From an uncultured virus (IMG/VR IMGVR_UViG_3300027832_000011) (Duplodnaviria > Heunggongvirae > Uroviricota > Caudoviricetes): 64,000 nt of DNA. A model generated the notes under the pieces. The model had not been told where the DNA came from, made no database searches, and saw only the letters and a list, made by a program, of their open reading frames with translations. Location of the stretch: positions 1-64,000 of the IMG/VR virus record IMGVR_UViG_3300027832_000011. One strand, 5' to 3'. Numbering within the stretch: the stretch's first letter is position 1; each line of letters begins with the position of its first letter. Below are positions 37,671-48,223 of the stretch, one piece after another. Both the position numbers and the translations under genes were made by a program.

Positions 37671-38488
37671 TATTCGTTTATTAATTTTTCAACATTATTT
37701 TGAACATCATCAACCGAAGTTATTTTAAAATGGTAGAACGAATAATCATTTTCTAACTCATAATCAACATTACTTTTAGTGTTAACATCCCAAATTGTAT
37801 AACCATGTTTAGATACCGTTTCACCAAAATTTTGTTGGATTAATGAACCAGAAAACTTAATTGGGATACCATTATGGTTGAACTCACTGCGTTTGTGTAT
37901 GTCACCTAACAATACCATATCACAACCATCAAAATATTCTAATGACGTACCATGTTCAAATTCATAACCAACATCAGTTTTAGCACCAATTATTGGACCG
38001 TGAAATAAACCAACGTATGTTTTATCACCATATTTAGCTCTACCATCTTCTATGTTCGGTCTAGCGTTTTCTTCGAAAATAGAGTAATTACACCAAACAA
38101 TGTTCTCATCTGGATAACATATACTTTCTTTTAAATAACTAATATTATTATTATCCAATAATTGAATCATTGGTGATATTGAATCTAACCTATCTTTGTT
38201 ATTCTCTAATAAATCGTGATTACCAGCTATTATCACAACTGGTGCTATCTTTGAAAGTTTAGTTAGAAAATCGCAACATAGGATTAATTGCTCATTTGAA
38301 ATTGTTATTTTTTGGTGAACTAAATCACCAGCTACAACGATTCTAACCTCATTATACTCAAAACCTAACATATACTCTCTTAGTTTAATATAAAGCTTAT
38401 TAAAAGATTCGTTATACTCCGTGTGTAATTTATAGGTCCTAATATGTATGTCAGCTAAGTGTATTATTGATTTAATTACCATACCCAA
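37670..38488 (-). CDS. SbcD/Mre11/gp47-like nuclease
   Basis: HLADIHIR, AGDLVH, AGNHD, LFHG, LGDIH, GSLIQQNFGE. Confidence 0.92.
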   Translation of the reverse strand: MGMVIKSIIHLADIHIRTYKLHTEYNESFNKLYIKLREYMLGFEYNEVRIVVAGDLVHQKITISNEQLILCCDFLTKLSKIAPVVIIAGNHDLLENNKDRLDSISPMIQLLDNNNISYLKESICYPDENIVWCNYSIFEENARPNIEDGRAKYGDKTYVGLFHGPIIGAKTDVGYEFEHGTSLEYFDGCDMVLLGDIHKRSEFNHNGIPIKFSGSLIQQNFGETVSKHGYTIWDVNTKSNVDYELENDYSFYHFKITSVDDVQNNVEKLINE

Positions 38489-39119
38489 CTAATTTTAATA
38501 CCCTAACTTCATTTCTATTAGTAAGGGAAATTAAATTATCACCTATATTAGAGTTAACCTTAATTTTTATCTTATTTAAATAATAAGAGTTATCAATTAA
38601 CATAACTAATTTTTCATTATCTAAAACTCTAAATGTTTTTTCACTTATGACAGCAAAATCAATCGGTGAGCCAGAATCATTTGAAAGGTTATTATTTATA
38701 GAGTCTACCATCTCAATAATGGTTTGGTTCGATAATAGTTTATCGTGCATGTAGTCAGACTCACTATCCATCTCAATTAGTGTGTCCAAGAAACCAATTT
38801 CCCATTGTAAAACCCAATCACCGTCAACATATGTTTTAGATAATGGTTTATCTAAAACAATTACAACACCTAACTCTAAATCATTGAAAATACCTTCTAA
38901 GATTTTAATGTCCACGTTAAATAATTTAGTACTACCCTTTTTAATCCTACCATTAACAACTTCTTTACCATTGTAAAAGTTAATTGGTTCTACGTTGTCA
39001 TTCTCAATATCATATGAGAATATTGGTTTATCTATAAACCTAACCTTACTCATATTAACCCCATTGTCTGATAACATCTCGCTGTAATCAGAAACTAATT
39101 TTAAAAATTCTTTTTCCAT
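38472..39119 (-). CDS. hypothetical protein
   Basis: 215 aa coupled ORF. Confidence 0.7.
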   Translation of the reverse strand: MEKEFLKLVSDYSEMLSDNGVNMSKVRFIDKPIFSYDIENDNVEPINFYNGKEVVNGRIKKGSTKLFNVDIKILEGIFNDLELGVVIVLDKPLSKTYVDGDWVLQWEIGFLDTLIEMDSESDYMHDKLLSNQTIIEMVDSINNNLSNDSGSPIDFAVISEKTFRVLDNEKLVMLIDNSYYLNKIKIKVNSNIGDNLISLTNRNEVRVLKLVGYGN

Positions 39120-39122
39120 AAT

Positions 39123-40775
39123 TTATTTATATAATTGTGTGTACTTGTGTATGTCTAGCAATTTTTTAGCGTCAGACTTTAAATACATTACTGGTATCTT
39201 TTCAAACACCTCATTTACTTTATCCCAATATCCAATCCATATTTGTCTACATTTCATACCAGTTTCCATTTCACACATCAAAGCGTAAGTACTTAATTGC
39301 ATTGAATATATAGAATATTGGCAGTCTTGGAGATGGTCAAAAGGTTTGTTTAGTGTTTTATAACCAAATTTATTGAAGAAATTGAATTCCTTATTTGTGT
39401 TATGTGTTACACTAAAACTAAACCCATATAAAAAAGTACTAGTTAAACTTCCCACTTCGATACATCTAGTTGGCACTGATTCTACTTTACTAACCCTAAT
39501 AATATTTTTAAATGTTTTATTATTATACTCAACATTTAACACCTCTTTACTTAAAAATGGGTTTAAATTATCTGTACTAAAGCAAATATCAATTACGTCA
39601 ACAATTTCACCATTAACCTTTTTATTATATTTAATAACAGTTGTTTTAATACCTAGTGAAGACGCTAACTTATTAAATTCATTTCCTTGCCACTCTATAG
39701 TTGTTGACATAACAAATCTTTTACGTGACTTGTTATAATGACCATTAACATCCATAAACCCACGTAATAAACCCACACGTTGTTCATATGATGACATAAA
39801 AAATGTATCTGGTATACGTTTATCATTTACCAAATTTAATTCTAACCAAACATTTTCATCAACGATTATCGTTTTGGTAATATCTTTATCCCCATCACAT
39901 AACCAAACACCCAATAAATAAGGGTCTAAAGGTAAATCAATGTGTTGATTATCCAAAGCTTTACATATTTTAACCTTAGGTATTTTATATGACCATCTTT
40001 TAGTACCTAACTTATTAGTGTGTTCAAATAATTCTTCTGATGTCATAACTTTATCAGTTAAATTCCCACTACGCATAAATGAAACCAACCATCTATGCTC
40101 ATGGTCAGATATTATTACTTCACCATTATCAAATTCAATTTCAAAACAATCTTTATTTTTTATTTCGGAAAAATGTAAAATATCACATAATTTACCATCC
40201 ATATCATAAACTTTATCACCATGTGATAAGCTAGCCATAGTTTTCCAACCATTATTAGTGAATATTGGTGTGTCTATTGGTAAACCTTTCCAATCCCCAA
40301 TATCAAAGTATGTTTCATTAATATCAATCTTTAAATCAGCAGTGCCAGCTAATTCGTACTCTTCTGAAAACATAATCCTCTCTGGGTATATTTCAATACC
40401 TTCATCAACCTCTAAATCTTCATAAGCTTTAATCACCTTCAATTCAAAAGGGTCGCTAGTGAAATACATTTTATTAGCTAATAGATATCTCTCAACTATT
40501 TCATGAACCATAGTACCGTATATATTAGCAGTGTCATTCAACTCTTGCCAATAATCTAATATTTGTTCTTTATTCATCCCAATATAAGCTGGGTTTTTTT
40601 TTGGGTTTGAGTCTGATTGTTTAGCGATATTACCAGCTATTCTATCACCCTCGAAATGAGGTTCTATTGAAGATAGAACTTTGGTTACCGATGTGAAACG
40701 CTTTCCACTCTCCCTATGAATATAAACATGTTCTATTGGTTCTAAATAGACCATACTTTTCTCAATTTTCGCCAT
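39123..40775 (-). CDS. PD-(D/E)xK exonuclease containing an intein
   Basis: SVT, GT.VHE..E, E, AGTADL, DWK|T, Y..QLS.YA. Confidence 0.88.
   Translation of the reverse strand: MAKIEKSMVYLEPIEHVYIHRESGKRFTSVTKVLSSIEPHFEGDRIAGNIAKQSDSNPKKNPAYIGMNKEQILDYWQELNDTANIYGTMVHEIVERYLLANKMYFTSDPFELKVIKAYEDLEVDEGIEIYPERIMFSEEYELAGTADLKIDINETYFDIGDWKGLPIDTPIFTNNGWKTMASLSHGDKVYDMDGKLCDILHFSEIKNKDCFEIEFDNGEVIISDHEHRWLVSFMRSGNLTDKVMTSEELFEHTNKLGTKRWSYKIPKVKICKALDNQHIDLPLDPYLLGVWLCDGDKDITKTIIVDENVWLELNLVNDKRIPDTFFMSSYEQRVGLLRGFMDVNGHYNKSRKRFVMSTTIEWQGNEFNKLASSLGIKTTVIKYNKKVNGEIVDVIDICFSTDNLNPFLSKEVLNVEYNNKTFKNIIRVSKVESVPTRCIEVGSLTSTFLYGFSFSVTHNTNKEFNFFNKFGYKTLNKPFDHLQDCQYSIYSMQLSTYALMCEMETGMKCRQIWIGYWDKVNEVFEKIPVMYLKSDAKKLLDIHKYTQLYK
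39399..40286 (-). mobile_element. 296-aa class-3-type intein with degenerate LAGLIDADG domain
   Basis: starts GLPIDTPI; HEHRW (block B Trp), TRCIEV (block F Cys), VTHN/T (block G Thr); PYLLGVWLCDG and LLRGFMDVNG. Confidence 0.88.
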
Positions 40776-40845
40776 TATTGCTTTATTTTATCACAAAAAT
40801 ACTAATCTTTTAATTAAAATCCAAGTATTTATATTAAAAGAAATT

Positions 40846-41376
40846 ATGATAGTTTTTATAAAAGAATCATTAAGGGTTAAATTATTAGAGAATTCTATGG
40901 GTATTAAACCTCTTCAAGTTAAAGAATTAATAGATTTAGGTATGAGAACAGCTTTTAGTGATAAGGATATAGCTAAAGATTTTCTTAAACAAAATTTGGA
41001 GATTGTGGATAGGTTACCAAATACCCTTACACTACATAGAGTGGTTTTTTTAAAAAATAAAAAAGATTTGAATTATAATGAGGTTGGTACCCATTATGTT
41101 ATAAATAGACGTGAACTAGAGCAATCACATAACCAAGCTAGTCATGTTGGCGGTGGTAAACCTTACATGCTAACTGTTAAAGCACCAAAAAAATTGGTAG
41201 ATGTAATGGCCACTTTATCAAATAAAATGCAACACCCTCACGAAAATGAGATTTCACTATTAAATCAAGGTTTTGGAGCGAAAATTATTAATATCGAAGT
41301 TTTTAAAACGTCTAATGATGTGGATTTTGAGATGGATGATTATGATGAATACGATGATGATAGAATTGGTTATTAA
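40846..41376 (+). CDS. hypothetical protein, possible ADP-ribosyltransferase-like fold
   Basis: LHRVV...GTHY...HENEI; upstream TATTTATA. Confidence 0.5.
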   Translation: MIVFIKESLRVKLLENSMGIKPLQVKELIDLGMRTAFSDKDIAKDFLKQNLEIVDRLPNTLTLHRVVFLKNKKDLNYNEVGTHYVINRRELEQSHNQASHVGGGKPYMLTVKAPKKLVDVMATLSNKMQHPHENEISLLNQGFGAKIINIEVFKTSNDVDFEMDDYDEYDDDRIGY

Positions 41377-41385
41377 AACCATTAA

Positions 41386-42354
41386 TTATAACTCACTCTC
41401 TGGAATAATATTAGCAGTCTTTAATACAGCTATAATAGCCTTCCTACCGAACTTTTCATTGATTAATGATAAATCATAAGCTTCTTTTAATTTAATCATT
41501 CTAACCCTGTTATATAGGTTTAGTGTGTTAATACGCTTATAAATTATTTTAGCGTCCTCATAAGCATCACCATCTAGGGCCACAACTATTAAACCCTTTG
41601 CTTTAGTTTGTAATTTATATAATAACTCAATTGGTAATACCTTACCTAATAAAGGTATTGAGTTTGGTATTACGATGCCATCAAAAACACCTTCAACTAA
41701 ATATATTGTAGCATCCCAATTAATAAAGTTCTCACTAAATGTTATCAACTCTTTTCTAAACGTAGGGTTAAGATATTTTGGTTTACCCCACTTAGTAAAG
41801 GCTCTACCAACGAAAAAATTTAAATTACCATCAGCACAATATGATGGGATTATGATTCTATTAGCGTATTCACCAATAGTTGTGAAACCGATATTATATT
41901 TTTCTATAATATCATGAGTTATATTTCTATTACTTAAATATTTGGACGCTTCGGAAAAGCGGAATAGTTTTTCATCACAAGAAGCTAATGGTGTGAAACC
42001 ATCAGGTAATGATAATTCTTTTAACTCATCAATAACATATTCCTTATCATAGTTGTAATTTGGGTTTATTAAAACGTACTCATCAAAATCTCTACGACTA
42101 CCGAACCTTTTAATTAACCTAGAAATTGAACCACTCATGTTATTCGTTTCATAACACGCCCAACATTTGAAAACACCTTTATTAATGTTTACCTCCAAAT
42201 TACCCTTACCCACACTTTTTTCACTACCATTAATTTCAGCGCAAGATGGACAGTCAAATTTTATTTGACCTGAATCGTGGTTATGACCTCTATCAACACC
42301 TAAAAAATTACCTAATATACCTAAAATTAATTGTGACATTATGCAAATATACAA
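41386..42354 (-). CDS. DNA primase (Zn-finger + TOPRIM)
   Basis: CPSC...CWAC, YL..R, RIIIPS, KYLNP, LVEGVFD, LDGDA. Confidence 0.9.
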   Translation of the reverse strand: MYICIMSQLILGILGNFLGVDRGHNHDSGQIKFDCPSCAEINGSEKSVGKGNLEVNINKGVFKCWACYETNNMSGSISRLIKRFGSRRDFDEYVLINPNYNYDKEYVIDELKELSLPDGFTPLASCDEKLFRFSEASKYLSNRNITHDIIEKYNIGFTTIGEYANRIIIPSYCADGNLNFFVGRAFTKWGKPKYLNPTFRKELITFSENFINWDATIYLVEGVFDGIVIPNSIPLLGKVLPIELLYKLQTKAKGLIVVALDGDAYEDAKIIYKRINTLNLYNRVRMIKLKEAYDLSLINEKFGRKAIIAVLKTANIIPESEL

Positions 42355-42400
42355 AAAAAAATTACATAACCTATTTAATTATATAATTTTTAATTTAATT

Positions 42401-43060
42401 TTATTCCCACAACCCCATTTTCTTCATATACCCTAAAGTTGCGCATACACTATCTGCCATATCAAAATTCTCTTTAGTTAGAATATTCTTTTTGTTGTAT
42501 ATCCAATTTATTTGTGGATAAGTCTCAGCAACCTTATCCCATAGAACGCTTTTTTTATCAATGTCCCATTTATACCCACCAAACAAAACTGGTTTTTGGG
42601 TGGATAACTTCTTATCGCTATACCTAACACCCTTTTTATCAACCTCTCTAATCGCCATCAATTCTGGGAAAGCATATTTCCTAGCGTCATAAGATGATAC
42701 GTATTCTGGTACCACGTTTAACATCTTATAGATGGCCCTAGAAACTATTCCATTAAATTTTAATAATGTTGCGACAGTATTAACATTATTGGACCTTAAC
42801 AATGGTTCCTCTATAATAACTTTATGGATATTAAAATTTGTGTAATCTTTTAAAAAATCATTTTCAAATATATCACCTTTTAGGAATAACAACTCCATTT
42901 TATTTGTTGGAATTGGTTTAACATTTGGTGTTACATGGTGTAGTAAAACTAATTTCCCATAACTACCAAAATCCTCATATAGCGCAATACCTATAGTTTT
43001 GGTTGATATATCTAACCCAAGTATAAACTTCTTTTCATTTTCTACCATAACTTTTTTCAC
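42401..43060 (-). CDS. RuvC-like Holliday junction resolvase
   Basis: LGLDIST..IG, IIEEP, DMADS acidic motifs. Confidence 0.8.
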   Translation of the reverse strand: MKKVMVENEKKFILGLDISTKTIGIALYEDFGSYGKLVLLHHVTPNVKPIPTNKMELLFLKGDIFENDFLKDYTNFNIHKVIIEEPLLRSNNVNTVATLLKFNGIVSRAIYKMLNVVPEYVSSYDARKYAFPELMAIREVDKKGVRYSDKKLSTQKPVLFGGYKWDIDKKSVLWDKVAETYPQINWIYNKKNILTKENFDMADSVCATLGYMKKMGLWE

Positions 43061-43105
43061 TTAATGTAAATAATAAACCAATAAAATAAAGGTTATTAAA
43101 TAATA

Positions 43106-44296
43106 TTATATAGTAACTTTAACACCTAAAGCCATAAATTGGTTAGTCCCTATCGTTATATGTTTGTTCATCTTAGCTATCGCTATTAAATTACCATTTG
43201 AGTTATATAAACCTACCTCACTAACCCTAATCAAATCACCATTACTGTAAGTTTGATTTTTAGAAGCTATAAATTCACCTCTATTCACAATACATATGAT
43301 ATCTTGTGACATTTCGGTTGATAGACTATCAAAACTAACACTCACACTTAGAGATGCATCTAACGAATCTAAAATGCTTTGGTTATTAATAACTATTAAA
43401 CCCTTATCCAAATGTATTAACCCAACTGGCGTATCAGCGTATTTCTGTATCGTATTGTTAGTTGTTAAGTTAAATAATTCTTTATTATTAACACTAAATG
43501 GTTTATTTAAATTGTACCCAGTACCCCAACTTTTCAATGGGTTGTTATTTGGCTTTTTAATAGCATCGCAGAATAAGAACGCTATGTTGTTACCAATTAA
43601 ACCACTTTTTATTGATGATTCCCTAATATTAACATCTTGCGTTGTTTTTGATGTTAATGAAGATTGGAATGTTGAGTAAATAGTAAATGTACTAGTTGAA
43701 GTTGTTAATTCTATTTTAACAGTCTTACCATCTATTATCTCACCATACTCTAAATTACTAATATCTATTACTAACCCTTCGTTAACATTAAGTAATGCTA
43801 TCCCAGTATCCGAAAACCCACCGTTAGCATCGCTTACTGTGTTAAATAAAGCTTTCTGAGTGACAGTTATAGGTAGTCCTAGTGAATTAAATAAGTTACC
43901 ACTGGATGAAATTAAATCATTTTTACTAATTAACTTAAAATTAACATCTGGTGATACTAAATTTTTAAACCCAACACTTCTTAAAGTACTACTTATTTTA
44001 CCCGCATTAGGTTCTACTGGTTTAGTTAAATCACCGATAGAGTTTACTATTACCTTATCCCTTATTTTGTAGTTAGTTGGTGAGCTATTATTAACACTAC
44101 CTAAAACACCAATTTCACCAGATATACTCGGTACTTCACCACTTTCTAATATATTAGATACGTAGTAATTAGCGTCTGAATCACCTAAACTAAAGTTCGT
44201 AATTATTTTATTACTCTTTGATAACAATTCTTCTCTACCAAATGGCGTTAATTTCGCTATAACCGTAACAGTTGTTGCACTTTGTATGTAACCCAT
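43106..44296 (-). CDS. virion structural protein (tail/baseplate), paralog of 44341-46452
   Basis: AKLTPFGRE..F.LGDSDANY N-term; VSEVGLYN..GNLIAIAK C-term. Confidence 0.65.
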   Translation of the reverse strand: MGYIQSATTVTVIAKLTPFGREELLSKSNKIITNFSLGDSDANYYVSNILESGEVPSISGEIGVLGSVNNSSPTNYKIRDKVIVNSIGDLTKPVEPNAGKISSTLRSVGFKNLVSPDVNFKLISKNDLISSSGNLFNSLGLPITVTQKALFNTVSDANGGFSDTGIALLNVNEGLVIDISNLEYGEIIDGKTVKIELTTSTSTFTIYSTFQSSLTSKTTQDVNIRESSIKSGLIGNNIAFLFCDAIKKPNNNPLKSWGTGYNLNKPFSVNNKELFNLTTNNTIQKYADTPVGLIHLDKGLIVINNQSILDSLDASLSVSVSFDSLSTEMSQDIICIVNRGEFIASKNQTYSNGDLIRVSEVGLYNSNGNLIAIAKMNKHITIGTNQFMALGVKVTI

Positions 44297-44340
44297 ATTT
44301 TATTTTTTTATTTATTATTAATATTTTTAAGTAATTATAA

Positions 44341-46452
44341 TTAAAAGTCGATACCAAGCTCTACCATTATTGTATTACCACCACCTAATTCTAATGGCTC
44401 ACTTAGTTTACCAATTAAAACCAACTCATTGTTATTATCATAAATACCAATCTCACTCACTTTAATGCTAGGTGGGTTGGTTAAGAAATCACTACTTCTA
44501 GTAGGGTTAGTGGTTTTAGTGAATTGACTAGAATCAATTCTAATGTCAAATATAGTTTTAAATATCGTAGCACCAATGAATGTCTGAATGTTACCATAAA
44601 AAAACCTTTCATCACCAAATTGTAATAATTCAGGTTGAGTAATAGGTGGTAAATTTAGTTTATCAATTAAATTATATGGTAATGCGATATCATCATCTAA
44701 TATTGTAATTACTTGGTTGTTATCATTGTGATTTTGAGACTCTAATAATAATGGGTCTATCGTTTCATTAACACCACCAGTAATATTAGTTGATGTGTAA
44801 TCCAAAACTTTCCAACCATCCGATGTAGGTCTAGAATCATCAGCTACTATTTGATAAATAACTTTAAACTCATACCCATAGAAACCAGTATTATCATACC
44901 CAACATCTTCAATTTTCTTCAAATAAGGTAATAAATTAACACCCTCTAACCTAAATTGAACATCCTTAGCTGTTGATAAACTATTTTTAATTCTACCATA
45001 TTTCTGACATGGTAATGCTGATGTATAACCAACACCACTATTATTTTCAATACCATAAGTTATATACATAGTCTCACCATTTTGTAATAAACCCGTTGAC
45101 GCACCACCAGATGGTGACGCTAAATTAGTTAGTAAACTAGGTAGTGTCCAATTTCTATTAGATTTATAAGATATAGCACTAATAATCTCAGCATCCTCAA
45201 AAACAACTATTTTTAACTGTGGAAACACTTTACCAACAATTAATGGAGTCCCATCTATTATTAAAGTAGGGCTCTCAATTAAATCATAATATTGAATATT
45301 GGAAGTACCAATTAATTTTATATTACCACTTGAAATAAAAGTCATACCCATGGTAGTACCACTACCGCTACCAACCGAATTTCTTCTATGGTACATCAAA
45401 TCAGGTATTTGAACCTTTAAATTCTTATTATTAGTGTTATTAATATAGAAAAACTCACCATATAAATTAGATATAGTATTATTAGTGTAGTGAATAACCG
45501 CAAATGATTTATCATACCCATCATAACCACCAATCCCAGTTATCTCATCACATGTAAATGTTATTTCATTTACCAAACCCCCATTATCATTACCCAACTC
45601 TAGATATTGCTCACCTAAACCAATGTATTCATACGAACCATATCTTGTGTGGTCCTCGTAATTAACACCACTAATACCTAACATAGTTTCCATGAAAACA
45701 TTATTCATATTAAAAACAGGGACATCTTCCCTAGTTATATCACAACTACTATCAAATGATAGTGTTCCAGTATCCCAATAAGCCGTTGTGTTATTCTCAC
45801 TAAAAGAACTGTCAGATATCTCACCACCATCATATACGATAACTTGTACATTACCACTTAAAGTTAAATTAGGTAATTCCCTATCAACATTAATGATTGT
45901 ATTAGAAACTGATTGAGCTTTAAACCATAAATGTGGTACTGGCATATTATTACCATTAATCTCTTCACCACATTTTATTAAAATTAAATTACCCTGAGTA
46001 GCACCACTAACGCCAATATCAAATGATGTCCCGCCACTAAAAGTTGTAGCTAAAACTATCTCACTTAATATGGTATACGGTGTACCGCTTAAAGTAACAT
46101 AAGCATCTGGATTACCCTCGAAAAAACCTCTTTCAGTTGCCTCATTATTCACAACAATTTTCATCGTTTTAATGTTAGACGGTTGAAGTGAGTTTAATGG
46201 GGTTTCACCACCAGTATTTACGAAATACTTAATATTTGGTTGCCTATCTTTTGGTTTTAAAATCTTATCGATTCTAGAGTACGCCTCATCTAATGGATAT
46301 GAATTTGTTAATATCGCTCTTTCATAATTAATCTCAGAATCACCAATAGCCCAAGAGTTGAAGGTTAATTCACCTTTTGCTAATTTTTCACGACCCTTTT
46401 CGGTTAATTTAGTACTAACAAATGGGTTAGTTGTGTTTATTATATAACTCAT
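44341..46452 (-). CDS. virion structural protein (tail/baseplate)
   Basis: TKLTEKGRE..WAIGDSEINY N-term; VSEIGIYD..NELVLIGK C-term. Confidence 0.65.
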   Translation of the reverse strand: MSYIINTTNPFVSTKLTEKGREKLAKGELTFNSWAIGDSEINYERAILTNSYPLDEAYSRIDKILKPKDRQPNIKYFVNTGGETPLNSLQPSNIKTMKIVVNNEATERGFFEGNPDAYVTLSGTPYTILSEIVLATTFSGGTSFDIGVSGATQGNLILIKCGEEINGNNMPVPHLWFKAQSVSNTIINVDRELPNLTLSGNVQVIVYDGGEISDSSFSENNTTAYWDTGTLSFDSSCDITREDVPVFNMNNVFMETMLGISGVNYEDHTRYGSYEYIGLGEQYLELGNDNGGLVNEITFTCDEITGIGGYDGYDKSFAVIHYTNNTISNLYGEFFYINNTNNKNLKVQIPDLMYHRRNSVGSGSGTTMGMTFISSGNIKLIGTSNIQYYDLIESPTLIIDGTPLIVGKVFPQLKIVVFEDAEIISAISYKSNRNWTLPSLLTNLASPSGGASTGLLQNGETMYITYGIENNSGVGYTSALPCQKYGRIKNSLSTAKDVQFRLEGVNLLPYLKKIEDVGYDNTGFYGYEFKVIYQIVADDSRPTSDGWKVLDYTSTNITGGVNETIDPLLLESQNHNDNNQVITILDDDIALPYNLIDKLNLPPITQPELLQFGDERFFYGNIQTFIGATIFKTIFDIRIDSSQFTKTTNPTRSSDFLTNPPSIKVSEIGIYDNNNELVLIGKLSEPLELGGGNTIMVELGIDF

Positions 46453-46505
46453 AATTTTAAATTGTTTTTATATCTTAATAATAAATACTCAATAGTCAAT
46501 TATAT

Positions 46506-47942
46506 TTAGTAAGAATTTAATGAATTTGTGTTAATTATTAATGGAATGACCTCACTGTATGCAATTGACTCAATGACATCACCACTTAATGTTATGTAAT
46601 TTTTTTGATTTACGACCCTATAATACCTCTTATCACCTATATCACCCGAAACTTCTAAAGTTGCTGAATATACTTTAATACCAACTTCATAAGGTTTTAC
46701 CACTGAATATAAAATATTAGTAAAATCATTAGTATCCGATAATTGTAAGGTGAAAATACCATTATTCTTATCTGGATAATCATCAGTATTCCAACTCACA
46801 TCAAATATAGGTTCAGTAATAGAACCAACATAACTCCCAAATGAATTATAAAATATTGCTATTACATCACCGATTAGTAAACTACCTTCTAAAATGAACC
46901 TCTTTCGATTAGTAATTGATTGAAAGTAGTCTATATTATTAGTTAACGTAACACCATTTAAACTGATTATAACATTAGAGTTATCAATTGGTGATGTTTT
47001 TGTGAATACCTCGTATTTACCAGAATCAGTGTTTAAATATATTGAATTATCACCCTCACCGTTAAACGGTCCGCTAGGTATTACATTATTAATTAATATC
47101 ACATCATTTTGCAACCCATTCCCAGTGGAACCAGCAACGAATATTATCGTTAGTATATCACCATGATAAGTTGAACCTAATAATGATATAGTGTTATCGT
47201 TAGTAAAAAGATAATCATCTTCAATCGCTAATGTTAAACCATTTAAAGTTACAATTGGAAACCCACCTATCGTTTGTGACGTTAAAAAAACAGTGTGTCC
47301 TGATGGGAAGAAACTTTCAGTTGTTAAAACCCCAATAGGACCACCACCATTAGGTGTTAGGTTAAATATTGGAGAATTAGCGTTTTTTATCGCAACAAAG
47401 TAATAATCAAAATCTTCATTAAAATTACCATATGGTAACCCAACTTCATTTGTGTTAGTAAAATGTCTTAAACCTAACCTACCTAGAATATCAGTGCATA
47501 TTGGGTATGAAAACTCACCTTTTAAAATATACTCACCATCTAAATTTAAATTAGTTATAGGTATGTAATTTTGGAAAATAAAGGCATTGTTATATAGCTC
47601 ATCACCTGTTTTAAATGGTGATGAGTATATTACCGTACTTTTAAAAACATTATCGCTACTTAATTTGTGTAAATTAAACTTAAATAGTAATTCCGAATTA
47701 CCCATAAAACCACTTGTGTTAGTGGTAAATAATAGTGATAAATCAATATTGGAATCACCATCAATAATGTGTACTGAATCACTAGAACTAGTTAACCCAG
47801 ATAAAACATTAGTAGCACCACTCATTACAAAGTTAGATGATTTGAATACACAAACATCAGAACTTGTGTTAACGGTCAAAATATCCTTATTCCTAACACA
47901 AGAATGTGATGTTTGCACGTATATATTTTCTTGTCTCCTCAT
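46506..47942 (-). CDS. putative virion structural protein
   Basis: 478 aa; duplicated V.LNG.TL....DY...GD.(L/I).I module. Confidence 0.65.
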   Translation of the reverse strand: MRRQENIYVQTSHSCVRNKDILTVNTSSDVCVFKSSNFVMSGATNVLSGLTSSSDSVHIIDGDSNIDLSLLFTTNTSGFMGNSELLFKFNLHKLSSDNVFKSTVIYSSPFKTGDELYNNAFIFQNYIPITNLNLDGEYILKGEFSYPICTDILGRLGLRHFTNTNEVGLPYGNFNEDFDYYFVAIKNANSPIFNLTPNGGGPIGVLTTESFFPSGHTVFLTSQTIGGFPIVTLNGLTLAIEDDYLFTNDNTISLLGSTYHGDILTIIFVAGSTGNGLQNDVILINNVIPSGPFNGEGDNSIYLNTDSGKYEVFTKTSPIDNSNVIISLNGVTLTNNIDYFQSITNRKRFILEGSLLIGDVIAIFYNSFGSYVGSITEPIFDVSWNTDDYPDKNNGIFTLQLSDTNDFTNILYSVVKPYEVGIKVYSATLEVSGDIGDKRYYRVVNQKNYITLSGDVIESIAYSEVIPLIINTNSLNSY

Positions 47943-48223
47943 TAGTAAGATATTTCTAAATTTATTACGTTATCACCACTTTTAAGACCATATTTATTTT
48001 TAGTGTTACTACTAATTAAACCAACTTTAATAACACTTGAGAAATTTTGAGTGAAACCAATAAAATTATTAAGTTTCACATAATCTTCTAAACCTATAGT
48101 ACCAACTAATTTTTTATAAAAATAATTTTCACCTATGAAATTATTAAATATCTCCCCTTCTACTTTCTTTACTAAATATGGCATATTATATTGATTTTTG
48201 TATTGTTGAACTCTCTGATTCAT
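47942..48223 (-). CDS. hypothetical protein
   Basis: coupled ORF (start likely MPYLVKK). Confidence 0.6.
   Translation of the reverse strand: MNQRVQQYKNQYNMPYLVKKVEGEIFNNFIGENYFYKKLVGTIGLEDYVKLNNFIGFTQNFSSVIKVGLISSNTKNKYGLKSGDNVINLEISY

Noticed and set aside
39123..40775. Cas4 / CRISPR-Cas component
   Set aside because: PD-(D/E)xK fold without the Cas4 four-Cys cluster pattern; no cas genes or array nearby.
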